Notes: a model not told the origin generated them from the letters alone. Shown: positions 36,709 to 49,857, counted from the whole stretch's first letter. The stretch: 63,455 nucleotides of DNA, filler included, from Octopus bimaculoides (GCF_001194135.2; 5 parts of 5 records of this genome joined end to end with filler, not necessarily neighbours in it), one strand, 5' to 3'. Program-made: numbers and translations.

Positions 36709-37365
36709 CAGGCGGCGAGCTGGCAGAAACGTTAATACGCCGGGCGAAATGCTTAGCGGTATTTCGTCTGCCGTTACGTTCTGAGTTCAAATTCCGCCGA
36801 GGTCGACTTAGCCTTTCGTGGTCGATAAATTAAGTACCAGTTACGCACTGGGGTTGATGTAATTGACTTAATCCCTTTGTCTGTCCTTGTTTGTCCCCTC
36901 TATGTTTAGCCCCTTGTGAGCAATAAAGAAATAAGAAACGTTAACGCACCGGGCGAAATGCTTAGCAGTATTTCGTTTGTTTTTACGTTCTGAGTCAAAT
37001 TCCGCCGTGGTTGACTTTGCCTTTCATCCTCTCGGGGTCGATAATTTAAGTACCAGTTGCATACTGAGGTCGATCTGATCGACTGGCCCCCTCCCCCTAA
37101 AATTTTGGGCCTTGTGCCTAGAGTAGAAAAGAATATTTTCTCCTCATAAAGGTGGTGAGCTGGCAGAAACGTTAGCACACCGGCTGAAATGCTTAGCGGT
37201 ATTTCGTCCCTGTATGTGCCGTGTTCAAATTCCACCGAAGTCGACTTTGCCTTTTATCTTTTCGAGATCGATAAATTAAGTACCAATTGCGTACTGGGGT
37301 CGATCTAATCGACTGCCACTCTCCCCCAAATTTCGGGCCTTGTGCCTAGAGCAGAAAATAATAGT
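36709..37365 (+). mobile_element. Three tandem SINE family B copies
   Basis: Heads at about 36710, 36935 and 37150; tail types are gccccttgtg and ggccttgtgcctagag.agaaaa. Confidence 0.85.
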
Positions 37366-37999
37366 TTTCTCCCCATAAACACATTTAATGGTCTTTTGCT
37401 GGAATTAAAAAAAATTTGCACTGTCCGTATTTTAAACTGATTTAAAAAACAAAATGGAATAATTAAGTTTTTTTTTTCTTAACTCGAAAAATTATATATA
37501 TATCTTTTTTTTCATAGTCGTATGTGTAGAAGACAAATTCGCAAAAAATTTTCTGGAAATCCCCCAAAATAAAAGTTATGAGGGGCCATATGGGGGTGCT
37601 AAAACCAGAATTCTGCCAAAAATTTAATTTGATCCACAATAATTAATAGTGTTGATGCTCAATATACACCAAGGCTCCACAGCGATTTTGCTCAGAAAGT
37701 GTTGGGCGAATGGACGAGAAAGCTGTTTGGCTTTGCCAAGGGTGATAACTCTCATCGCATGAAGGGTCTTGAATTTATAAGAGAAAGTAAAAAATTAAAA
37801 TACGAATAATTAGTGAAAAACAAATTAATAATTTTAATAACAATTAACAGTATTGTATAAAACAAAAAGGAAATTTGTGATGATATTGACATTTATTGGC
37901 ATATATGCGTGTGAGACATAAGAAAAACTTATAAAGATTAAGTCAAAATTAAAAATATAATAAATATATTTAAGAAAATTCGTTCTTACACCGTGTAAC

Positions 38000-38880
38000 A
38001 AAAGGCTATGATCAGAGACGTTCCAGGGTTGCTCATCTCGTATTTTCTGTACATACCATAACTCATAGGTGACAAAACAAATTCTGAGCGGAATGCTGCA
38101 AGCGAAATTAGCGATTTGGAGGTTGAAAACACCACAAAACTCTACAAAGAATATCGAACAAAACGTTTCGTTGCAGAGTATCCTTAGTTTGCTTTGAAAG
38201 ATCACAAAGGAACCCTGCTATTAGAATGTTTAATTCAACCAGTTCAGATATAGGATGTATAAATGACATTATTTTAGACAGAATGTTATTCATAGTTAAG
38301 AGTAGAGTCAAACTAGAACTGACAAAATAGCCAAGTAGGAATCAACTGGTTTAATGAAAACTTTAATAAAGTAGATAGGTTTATACAATTTGATGTAAGC
38401 AATTAGTATAACATAATTACTCTTCATTTACCTATTGAATTCACCAATTCCATGACCATTCTTGATTATTCTGAAATTATCATTTTGAAAGTGAGGAAAA
38501 CTGTGATTGATTTCAGAAGCTCGCTTTAGATAAAAAGAATTGAGAATCTCATAAGATGTTAGTATGGAGTATATGATTCTGCAGAAGTAACTGAACTGGT
38601 TGAACAATATGTGCTGAATGAATCCAAATTGAGATTTCCTATACCTCAAACAGGATTGTACCTTGACGGTGGAGAGATTTCCTATACCTCAAACAGGATT
38701 GTACCTTGACGGTAGATTACTTACTCTTACAAACTATAATCCACAATAAGCCTATCGAATTAGAACGAGGTTGATTATTGGGATTTGTATAACTCTAGAC
38801 CACAAGCCCGGCTATAGTTACTTAATATTTTAAATTTTTAACCTTAACCAATATAATTATCTATGTCAATGGTCCTCAAA
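38000..38880 (+). mobile_element. Penelope-like RT fragment (N-terminal half), decayed
   Basis: ALKDHK, RMFNSTSSDIGCINDIILDR, FIQFDVSN, GVYDSAEVTELVEQYVLN and GLYLDG correspond to TLKDHK / RLINP.KSEIG / FIQFDI / GSYDGAEVCELVG / GLYRDD of Naiad-type RTs. Confidence 0.75.
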
Positions 38881-39240
38881 CAATTTAACGATCGGCCATT
38901 TTCTTTTACAAATACTTTTTGACGTACTCTCCCGATGATTCAATGCACCCCTTTATTTGAACGTATATACATGTAATATCAGCCTATAGTAATTTACTTC
39001 CGGGTACTTGTTTGATCGATGGCAGAGATGCATACATGTTCACGGCTCATACTTTGACTAATTAAACATTTCTATTGTTAATTTTTCCAGAATAAAATCA
39101 TGTTTCGGAAATCGGCCATTATTTTCAGAACAACTTTTTTTTTTTTTTTTTCAAAAAGTGCAACAAAATGCCAATCAATATTTAAAAATTTTTTCGATTC
39201 TTGTCTCTAACTTTTGATGGTTCAACATTTTAAACCTAAA

Positions 39241-39985
39241 AAATTAGGTGGACTGAACCACGTTGTACAAGTGGATGAAAGCCTGCTTTTCAAGAGGAAA
39301 TATGAGGTTGGCAGAATGGTTGAAAAGTTTTGTGTGATAGGCTTTTACGATGTCACTCAGAAAAAGGGCTACCTGCAACATTATAACTGATAGAAAGGCT
39401 GAAACGTTAGAAGCTGCAATCATTGAAAATGTGGAGCCAGGAACTACGATTTTCACGGATATGTGGCCCATTCTGGTCACGGATAAAACGTAGACTGAAA
39501 TATAAAAGTGGATTATGTGGTAACATGAAATGGTCACANNNNNNNNNNNNNNNNNNNNNNNNNNNNNNNNNNNNNNNNNNNNNNNNNNNNNNNNNNNNNN
39601 NNNNNNNNNNNNNNNNNNNNNNNNNNNNNNNNNNNNNNNNNNNNNNNNNNNNNNNNNNNNNNNNCGTTGTTTAGAAAATAAAAATTATTTTGTTCACAAA
39701 ATTTAATTAAAAGAAAAAAAATGTATGAAGTTAACAAAAACAGATAGTGTGTTATTTTTATTCCTTCTACCTATCTACGTTGTTTAGAAAAGAAAAAAGT
39801 AATTTAAAAAAAATTATTTACTTTGTTTAAAAGAAATTATTTACTAATTTGCATACGCGCGCATGCGCACATATGTATTCATTTGCGCTCGCGCTCGCGC
39901 GCACTTTTCGTAGGATCGACCACTCACGACTAGCTTGCGCGGACGCGCGACTGCGCGTTCGGGTCCGCTCTGCTTGAGTAGTACC
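39241..39985 (+). mobile_element. Merlin (IS1595/ISXO2-like) transposase remnant and probable right end
   Basis: KLGGLNHVVQVDESLLFKRKYEVGRMV..VIGFYD, one frameshift near 39382, then ITDRKAETLEAAIIENVEPGTTIFTDMW. The GC-rich end finishes ...gagtagtaCC at 39985. Confidence 0.8.
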
Positions 39986-40768
39986 CTGTTTTGTCCAATT
40001 TTCAAGCTTGATTTTTTAAAACGGTAAACACTGTGAAGGCAATAAAAATACACTAAAACAGCTTTTGCTATATATGAAAAATATGTAAAATATTAAGACA
40101 AATGGCGAAAAATATCTATAATAAAATTCTAATTGAGAGATATAAATTTTTATTAAAACAAATCGCGCGGGTGAAGTAAATCTCGTTATATGAAGAATCA
40201 ATACATGCGGGTCGAACATAACACAATGTGCGGTTGTCATGGTAACAAACTGTTAATGCCTCGCTGTCTGTTGATTGGCTGAAATTATCCAAATTTCCCA
40301 ACCTTAATTCCAAATAACATCAGATTCATTAATTTACGAGATAAATTAATTGATTGATCGTAATAAAAATTCAGAGTTGCATTGATACACCAAAACTGAA
40401 AGCAATCTGAGTAAAATTAAAGGGGGGCTCATTTTGCGAATGAAAAAGACTATATCCACCATTGCTAATTAGGCATATTTCTGGCAATTAAATTCGTAAT
40501 TACTTGATAGTTTTAACTCATTTTCTCATAAAAATGGAGTTGTGGTTTCTCTTATGGGAAGCAACTCCATTTTCTATCGCGAAGGTGATGAGTCAGCTAT
40601 ATTGTTCTAGGGGAGATAATCCCAACGTCGACTGCATTAGTACATCCTCATAAACACATGTCTGTCTGTATGGGAGAATTTACGAAAAAAAACAAAAAAC
40701 AACAGACGAGGACAGGTGGTGTAAACAACAAAAGGATGTATTAGTTTAACGCTCGGGAATAGAGAAAG

Positions 40769-40805
40769 TCTTTAACGTTTCGAGCTACGCTCTTCAACAG
40801 AAAGA
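40769..40805 (-). ncRNA. Hammerhead-like module, family D (best copy)
   Basis: ucuuu CUGUUGA A GAGC-GUA-GCUC GAA ACGU U aaaga: 5-bp stem I, 4-bp stem II, palindromic ACGU. A6 is replaced by U. Confidence 0.5.
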
Positions 40806-40869
40806 AATAAAGAGAAAAACAAGGAGAAAAAAATTGTATGTATGTACGTGTGTATGTATGTATGTATGT

Positions 40870-41825
40870 ATGCATGTTTCTTCTATTTTTTTAATTATTA
40901 TAAATCTTCCACTGAGGAGGGAGCCGATTTCCGGGAGGAGCCTTTTGTGTAAAAAAAAAAAAAGCAACTCCATTTTCTATCACGAGGGTGGGGCGTCAGC
41001 TATATTGTTCTAGGGGAGATAATCCCAACGTTGACTGCATTAATACGTCTTACATATTTTAAAGTTTTCAATATTTTTACTGTTCCACTGACAGATTGGA
41101 CTTGTAATGTACGAATCAACCGGTCAATTTCTCTTTCTGAAAATCCCAGTTTATCCAGAGTCTCCTTTAAGCATTTACTAGTAAAACCTAGTGCTTCAAT
41201 CATTGGTATGAATATGAATTCATAGTCTGGATATAGAAACTGGAGGTTTCGAAGCAGTTGTCCACAGATATCCTCTTTTTCTTTCATTTTCAAAGAGATA
41301 TTTATATCTCCAGGGCAGCTAACCCCTATGATGGTACATACCTTTGCCCCAAACACAATATCTGGCCTGTTATGCTTACATTTGACAAAAGCTTTGAAGG
41401 GGATATTTCACCAGTATTCTTTGATTTGGTGTTTATGAATGTATTCCGCAACAGAGGAATTTTCTAAGTTTATTTCAGGACAGTCTTTTTTTGTGGATGG
41501 CATTGTAAATTGTTTTAGCAACAACATCGTGCCGAATAGGGAGGTTATACCATGACGACATTTTAGGACAACTGTTAATCACATGCGTAATGTCTTTCAC
41601 AGAAACATGACAGAGACTACATATGCGGTTGCACCTTGGGATTACAAGAGCGTCACTGTCTCTCTTGTTCACCAGGTACTTTGTGGCAATCTCCTATTCC
41701 TGGATTGCAAACACATGGCCTTCAAAGTGTAATGTGATGTAGTGGTCTTGCGTCCAAGAGAGGCTACACTTTGTGTCAATTCTACTGTCTTTTTCAAGCT
41801 TCAGGGCAACATACTTATGCATGGT
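40870..41825 (-). mobile_element. RLE-class (R4/NeSL-like) LINE 3' portion
   Basis: CSLCHVSVKDITHVINSCPKM...RHDVVAK (CCHC knuckle plus RHD), then VSCPGDINISLKMKEK..FIPMIEALG and a 3' UTR. Confidence 0.85.
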
Positions 41826-41982
41826 NNNNNNNNNNNNNNNNNNNNNNNNNNNNNNNNNNNNNNNNNNNNTTAATTAATTAANNNNNNNNNNNNNNNNNNN
41901 NNNNNNNNNNNNNNNNNNNNNNNNNTATATATATATATATATATGTATATGTATATGTATATGTATGTATATAGATAGATAG

Positions 41983-42013
<31 letters not shown>

Positions 42014-42929
42014 CATACATACATACATACATACATGAGTGTAAGTCGATTACAACTGGTGCTTATTTTAATCGACCCAGAAAGAATGAAAGTCAAACTC
42101 GACTTTGGCGAAATGCCGTCAAGCATTTTGCCCGGCATGCCAGCTCACCTTATATATATTACAAATCATATTTTGAAACAATGATTGGATTGACATTCTC
42201 CGAAGAATGGCACGAGAAACTACTATTGTGCTTTATCAAGCTATTCTGGAATCTCTGGGGCGTGGAAGATTTGTGGGAAGGAACGGAGTGAGAGTTAGAG
42301 ACAGGAGGATTTGAAAGGCAATTACAAATCACAAATGACCTCAGCTATTCTCAGTTGATAGTTGGTTTATATTTGTGCTAAAGGAATTTTTAAATCACTC
42401 TATACATTAATACACACATGCACACATACACACGCACACACGCACGCACATACGCACACATATTTAGCAATGCATCTAAATCACTCGCCTACTATTTATA
42501 GCACGTTTGATATGGAAGAAAGCGGAAAAATGTAAAGGTCATGATAGTTATTTAAGTCGAGGTCATTATTGATCATGTAGAATCATGATCAAAGCCGTTA
42601 CATCTGTACTTATCAACATTTTTATATCTCTGACTGAATATACTAATTGCTTTTCTAAGCGGTACGGTGTATTTGAGATAAATTTGGCTATTATTTTTAG
42701 TTGATCACGGCACATGTCTTTGCTTACTTTGCTACCTGGTAAAAGGAGTTTGTTAACGGTGTGGTGTTAAATATATTTGCTCTGTTAGTTTCCTTCCTAT
42801 TTACTTACACCTTGTCCGACTACCAATTGGATGCCTGCCAATTTTAAGCTTGCAATGTACTATAAGGCGAATCAATGAAGCATTCCAGTTAATGCAACTG
42901 GTTTCGCGAACGTGTGGGGGCGTGTGTGT

Positions 42930-42966
<37 letters not shown>

Positions 42967-43144
42967 CCAGTGCTTATATATGTGCGTGACGTGTTACTAA
43001 ATATATATGAGTGTGTATGTGAGTGTGCATGTATGTATACATACACACATATATATGCATATATACACATACATATAAACGTATATATAATGCGTGTATG
43101 TTTGTGTGTGTGTGTGTGTATATATATATATAAATATATATATT

Positions 43145-43342
43145 CTTTACTCTTTACTCTTTTACTTGTTTCAGTCATTTGACTGCGGCCATGCTGGAGC
43201 ACCGCCTTTTTAGTCGAGCAAATCGACCCCAAGACTTATTCTTTGGAAGCCTAGTACTTATTCTATCGATCTCTTTTGCCGAACCGCTAAGTTACGGGGA
43301 CGTAAACACACCAACATCGGGGACAAACACAGACACAAACAT

Positions 43343-43373
<31 letters not shown>

Positions 43374-43415
43374 CATATATATACATATATACGACGAGCT
43401 TCTTTCAGTTTCTGT
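43145..43415 (-). mobile_element. SINE family A, 5'-truncated
   Basis: High similarity to the other family A copies. Confidence 0.85.
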
Positions 43416-44636
43416 ATATAAGAAGGGATGGAGCGGTGTCTTTGATCCGTAACAGGTGACCTTGCACTAATGGAAGAAAGGGGGAGAAAAAGTATCCTCA
43501 AACCTGAAGCGTGGCGTGAATGCTCCCAACTGAGTAGTCTCCCCTAAAAGCAAGCAAGGTACCTGGTTGTAGTGTTAAACCAGGAGGCAAGTTAAGTCTA
43601 CCATCCCATACATACAGACATAGATATACGCACATGCATACACACTTACATATATATATATATGTATATAGATAGATACATTATATATATATATATATAT
43701 ATNNNNNNNNNNNNNNNNNNNNNNNNNNNNNNNNNNNNNNNNNNNNNNNNNNNNNNNNNNNNNNNNNNNNNNNNNNNNNNNNNNNNNNNNNNNNNNNNNN
43801 NNNNNNNNNNNNNNNNNNNNNNNNNNNNNNNNNNNNNNNNNNNNNNNNNNNNNNNNNNNNNNNNNNNNNNNNNNNNNNNNNNNNNNNNNNNNNNNNNNNN
43901 NNNNNNNNNNNNNNNNNNNNNNNNNNNNNNNNNNNNNNNNNNNNNNNNNNNNNNNNNNNNNNNNNNNNNNNNNNNNNNNNNNNNNNNNNNNNNNNNNNNN
44001 NNNNNNNNNNNNNNNNNNNNNNNNNNNNNNNNNNNNNNNNNNNNNNNNNNNNNNNNNNNNNNNNNNNNNNNNNNNNNNNNNNNNGATAGGAAAATTATTA
44101 TGAAAATTAGGTAGACAAGCCATGACAGAAGAGACAGAAAAAAGCACGTCTTTTCTTTAGGAAGGCAGTGGACAGAAAGAAAGTTCCCCTTTCGTCACGT
44201 GTCAGCAACGAGAGAGTCAAGGAGGAGAAGTGAGAGAGAGGGGGAACAGTGAAAAGGAGAGAAGAATAGGGAAAGGGTGGGTGAGAAAAACAGAAAGGAT
44301 GAAGAACAAGAGTGGGATAGAGATAGACAGAGACGAGATAGTAGGAGAGTGCGCATCGTAATTATTAAGATGAAACTTACTTGGAAAAGGATGCATGGCG
44401 CTCGATCATATGATAATATAAATAATATATAAATATATGCTTATATCAATACATATATGCTTATATCAATACATATATGTACATACCTACATATATATGT
44501 ATATATACATGCATATATGGGTACAGGACATCAAAAAACGTTGAACACAATGAGAAACGAACGCATAAAAGCAAAAACATAGAAAACGAACTTATTTTCG
44601 AACGAAGAAAAAAGCAAAGAGAGAATGTGGGAATAA

Positions 44637-44930
44637 ACAAAATTTAGAGAATGGAATAGATAAAATCCAAGCTACCTATGTTTCATAGCTAGCAGAACCT
44701 CGGAAGTAGTAAATTATCTAAACGAGGGGTAGACCCCAAGCTACTCGATCGAATCCCCAATGAGTTTACACGGAATCTCCCAACGACAATGTAACCTTAA
44801 AATAATCAAGGTATCCTTAGCCGTAAGAGTAGATGTGGTCTACTCCTCGTTTGGATAATTTACTACTTCCGCGGTTCAGCTAGCTATGAAACATATATAG
44901 CCTGGATTTTATCAACTATTCCCTAAATTT

Positions 44931-44933
<3 letters not shown>
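44637..44933. repeat. 297-bp foldback element (about 98-bp arms, 101-nt spacer)
   Basis: 44637-44735 is the reverse complement of 44837-44933 with scattered mismatches. Confidence 0.85.
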
Positions 44934-44993
<60 letters not shown>

Positions 44994-45562
44994 CACTGCA
45001 AATTACCAATCCCTAAGACTTTCCCATGCCTGTCTACTGGCATACTCTCACCCCTTGTGCATGACCACATGCGTGTATGCGTGTGTGCGCGCGCATGTAC
45101 GTGAGTGCTCATGTGCATTTGCTTACCGTATGCAAGCACACGAATGTGTGCGTGCGGGCGTGCCAATGTGCATGTGTGTACACACGCATCTTCGTGTATG
45201 CGCGGATTTGTGAAAGTAAATCTAAGTATACAACTACACATGTATAAGTACTGATGCATACACGCAGATATATGGGCATAAACGTGTATACCCCCACTCC
45301 ACCCTTACTACATCCCCCAACTACGCGGTCGATTTCCTGTTCACCATGCGGCATTTTCCATCTAACTGCTGTCGCTAAAATACTAAAATACCGACATTAA
45401 TACCGCGTGAGCTTTCTCTACCAATCACAGGCAAACGTCCATTAATAAACATTGACTCTCTTCAATTGATCTCTCATTCAGGCTCTGATGGCCGAAGACC
45501 AATCACGCGCTTGGAACTCAGAGTACCAAGGATTCTGAATCAAACTGTTTTGATCTATACAA

Positions 45563-45614
<52 letters not shown>

Positions 45615-45967
45615 ATATAAAATTAAGAAGGCGAGAAACAAATTTCAAAGGTCAGTGTATATATTCATTGAATCCATTTCAAATAATCGAAATTCTTCAC
45701 AATATACAATATACATAGATGCATTCACATATGAGATATGATAAAAATTCATAAGANNNNNNNNNNNNNNNNNNNNNNNNNNNNNNNNNNNNNNNNNNNN
45801 NNNNNNNNNNNNNNAGCTTTCTCTACCAATCACAGGCAAACGTCCATTAATAAACATTGACTCTCTTCAATTGATCTCTCATTCAGGCTCTGATGGCCGA
45901 AGACCAATCACGCGCTTGGAACTCAGAGTACCAAGGATTCTGAATCAAACTGTTTTGATCTATACAA

Positions 45968-46001
<34 letters not shown>

Positions 46002-46363
46002 ATGTATATAAAATTAAGAAGGCGAGAAACAAATTTCAAAGGTCAGTGTATATATTCATTGAATCCATTTCAAATAATCGAAATTCTTCACAATATACAA
46101 TATACATAGATGCATTCACATATGAGATATGATAAAAATTCATAAGAATTTATAAACACATATAAATACGAAGATTTATAAATATATAAAAATCCATAAA
46201 TATATAAAACCTTACAAACACATAAAAGTTTATAAATATATAAACACATAAATATATATACATAGATGTTCTTGCGAAGTCCGAATGTCCGTATTAGAAT
46301 CAATGAAGAGGGTAGATAAGAAAGCTAGTATAAGATGATTCATGAGGAATCCTAAATAGGTAC

Positions 46364-46457
46364 AAAATCTTACGGCCGTTTCGAGAAGATATAGATTGAT
46401 ATAGGCGAGCTAACTCCAACCATAGCATTTATCTATACTTATCTCATCAGAGTTAAG
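46364..46457 (-). ncRNA. Type I hammerhead motif with long stem II, 3' of a Penelope-like ORF
   Basis: CUGAUGA GAUAAGUAUAGAU...AUCUAUAUCUUCUC GAAA C-GGCC-G UA agauuuu. Predicted cleavage between 46371 and 46370; stem I is imperfect. Confidence 0.65.
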
Positions 46458-46597
46458 GGATTCAAAGAGGTTTGAGAATTTTTAAAAGACGAATGTTTAG
46501 TCGAACCATACTCTTCATGCAGATGATATATTCAAAATTAAAATTACAGGCTAAGGTACATTACGACGCTATATATGATATATGAAGGATGGCTATA

Positions 46598-47830
46598 TTA
46601 GGATCCTATATTTTGGGGGAAGAATTTAAAAGCTGAAACATATTTCTGTCTACAGGTAATTATGACGTCAGATATCTTATTAAGTAAGCTATTTTTGTTG
46701 GCACGGATTATGTGAATCGCCTCCTTCGTGCATAAATTCCAATTCTTCGTGTATGTATTATATGGTGTGGTTTCTGTTATTATGGACCAATCTAGACAGA
46801 ATTCTTTACTGTGCACTTTTAATTTACTGATGCGGGCAGCTAGTGTAGTTGAAGTTTTAGTTTCGTGGTTAGTAAATGAGTTTGTATGCACCCTATACCT
46901 AATTTTAAAATCCATCGTACTACCAATGTAAATCATTTTAGGTTCGTTAAGAATAAAGACTTCAACTTTATATACATTTCTCCTTAAACAGAAACCTTTT
47001 AGGGGAGAATGCTCCCTATTACGACAATTACATGTTTTATTTGTTTTATTTCGTGGTTTAACCTTTCTATTTTTAATATGAGGGTTCTTATTATCATTCT
47101 TCATATTAAGCTCAGCTAAGTAATCATCTCTATTAGTGCCGTTATTTCTAAGTTTAAGTCTATTGTCGGCCGCGATAATAGATCCTAGATTGGGTGTGGT
47201 TGAGTAAGATAATATTAAAAATAGAATGGTATTTATGACCTGGTGGGAAATTCATATCGATAATGCTAAAAAATTATTTAGGGAGGTTTCAGACATGGAA
47301 GGAAAAGTGGAGTGTGAACCATATAATTTCCCATCTCCTCCTTGAGTTGTTCCTATTCTGCCCAGTATAGTTATTGTTGTAATTAAATAAGTCATAGTGT
47401 CTTCTAAAGTGTTGATGGTTTCTATATTCGGTGGGGTTGTTTATGGGAGGTGTGTCGATGTTTGAATTCGCAATATTTGGAAACCGTTTGCCTACTTGGT
47501 TTTTAAATATTGTTTTTAATATAATATATTTCATCTTTTAAATCCAGTCTTTTAGTGGTGTGTTATAAAGGAGTGAAAAATCATCGAAAATCTTTTCGTA
47601 TGCGATAAATTAGATATTCTTATCGACACACATATGTTTGTGTGTGCGTGTGTATGTGTGTGTGTGTGTGTGTGCGTGTGTGTGTATGTGTGTGTGTGTG
47701 TATTGAACTTAAAGGGATTAATAAATCCAGGCAGATATCTATAAAACACTTAGTGTTAAACGAATTTGGTTAACTATATCAAACCAATAAATTCAAGTTG
47801 AATTAACATCCGAGGTAATACTTTATGTAT
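46598..47830 (-). mobile_element. Penelope-like element (Naiad-type): RT thumb, linker and GIY-YIG endonuclease
   Basis: VSIRISNLS, RRRWEIIWF, CNCRNREHSPLKGFC, NVYKVEV, IYIGST..FKIRYRVHTNSF, WSII..TTPY, LCTKEAIHII and SLLNK; interrupted by a (CA)n tract. Confidence 0.9.
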
Positions 47831-49822
47831 GACAAGTAAATCCAAATATCGCTTAGAAGGATTTCAAGAAATTTGGAGAATAAAACAAGAACAAAAATGG
47901 AGAAAAGCACATCTTAATTTGTGATTATACCATGCATTATTGACGATCTTCTGTTGTAACAGCATATTGAGATACAGAAAGAAAATGTTTAAAATACCAG
48001 ACGTTTCAATATATCCGAAAATATATGCTAACACAATGTTATCAAGGCAATCTCAAATTGGTTAAATTGAAAGTAAACTAAGAAAATATTTCTAGTAGAC
48101 GAACGCATACAAAAAGAATGTGAATAAGTAATAGAATATTCTAGGAAAAGCCAGTTTACTATTTAATTTTTGATGACGTCAGTAGATAACGAAAGAATAA
48201 AAAATAAACATAGAAATTCTACATTGCAGCAATGCTAAAAATAAAGCTCTTAGAAAAATTACGTATATTATATTGTATTATATTATACTATATTATATTA
48301 TATTATAGGAAAAGCAGTTATAATTAATAGGTTATTTCGTGTTGAAATATTTAAATGCTTTACTATAATTCTGAGAAACAGCAGAAACCGCACAGGTCGT
48401 CAGTACTTGAGGAAACTCACACGCGCGCAGACACACACATACACACACATACACATTGCTAATTTATTTCTAGTTTGTACTGAGTAAATTTTCAGGTTGG
48501 GAACATCGAATAGTGCAGAGTTTCGGCTGACAGTGTCAGTTTAATTTGTAAACATGAAAAAAAGCCTTTGACTGCATCCATCGAGAATCCGTATTGAATA
48601 TCACCCAAGCATATGTTATCGTTTAAGACTGTAAAATATATGTGTACTGCAGCTGAATTTTCAGAACAGATACTTGATATTGCAAACTTTAGCATCATTT
48701 CTAGTGTCCGTCTGGGCAGCATTTCCTCAATACTTCTCTTTCTATTAACAGCTCTGTAATGACGAAGCTACTGATATGAGTAGGCCGGGACTGTGGAAGA
48801 GGGAAACAGAGTAGTTTTGTAACCTGACCTTTGCTAAACCTGCAGAAACCGCACAGATCGTCAGTACTTTAGGAAGTTTTTGGGTCTTAAGGGCTCCAAA
48901 TCGCAGCGGGACCTAGATTTATGCTTAAGCAGATAGGCAGAACGATAGAGAGATAAATAGATAGTTGAATAAAATATAGAGAGAGAGAGATGAAAAGATG
49001 AATATATGAATATACATGTATACATATAAGTGCATACACATATATACACATACAGGCATATTTATGCATTCATGTATATACACATATGTTCATATATATG
49101 TGTGTGTGTATGTGTGTGTGTACATATAAATATGTGTGCGTTTATATACGTACATGTGTATATACATATATAGGAATATATATATGCGTGTGTGTGTATG
49201 TATGTATATGTATATATATATATATATATATGTGTGTGCGTGTATGCATATGATATATGTATGTATCTGTATGCACGTGTGTGTGTATATATATATATAT
49301 ATNNNNNNNNNNNNNNNNNNNNNNNNNNNNNNNNNNNNNNNNNNNNTTAATTAATTAANNNNNNNNNNNNNNNNNNNNNNNNNNNNNNNNNNNNNNNNNN
49401 NNATAACACCGGGTGCAGTTTCATAATTTGTCCAGGACAACATTTCAAAATTGCGTTATCTAAATTTGTACTGAACAAAATTACGTTAAATCAACGTCGT
49501 TGATGTTGTTGACAGTAACTTTGAGAATCTGACTCTCCCTTCCTTATATCACTGCAGTGCTATTCCTCCACTACACTCGTTCAGGTCTGTCTGTCTGTCT
49601 GTCTGTCTCTTTCTCTCTTTCCCTCCCTTCCTCCCTCCCCCTCTCTCCCCCCTCTCTCTCTATCTGTCTCGTTGTCTGTCTGTGTCTGTCTATGTGTCTA
49701 TGTGTGTGTGTGTGTGTGTGTGNNNNNNNNNNNNNNNNNNNNNNNNNNNNNNNNNNNNNNNNNNNNNNNNNNNNNNNNNNNNNNNNNNNNNNNNNNNNNN
49801 NNNNNNNNNNNNNNNNNNNNNN

Positions 49823-49857
<35 letters not shown>

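Noticed and set aside
42865-42905. CAATGA-A-GCATT-ccagtt-AATGC-AAC, a possible decayed hammerhead
   Set aside because: Stem II is present, but both core strands are mutated or deleted and the copy is single.
45410-46145. Roughly 340-bp direct duplication either side of a gap (similar cases at 3580-3780, 18455-18916, 25275-25415)
   Set aside because: Near-identical copies abutting N runs are the typical signature of unmerged contig overlaps or haplotypes.
48492-48722. 76-aa minus-strand ORF with ordinary composition
   Set aside because: No recognisable domain or convincing splice boundaries.
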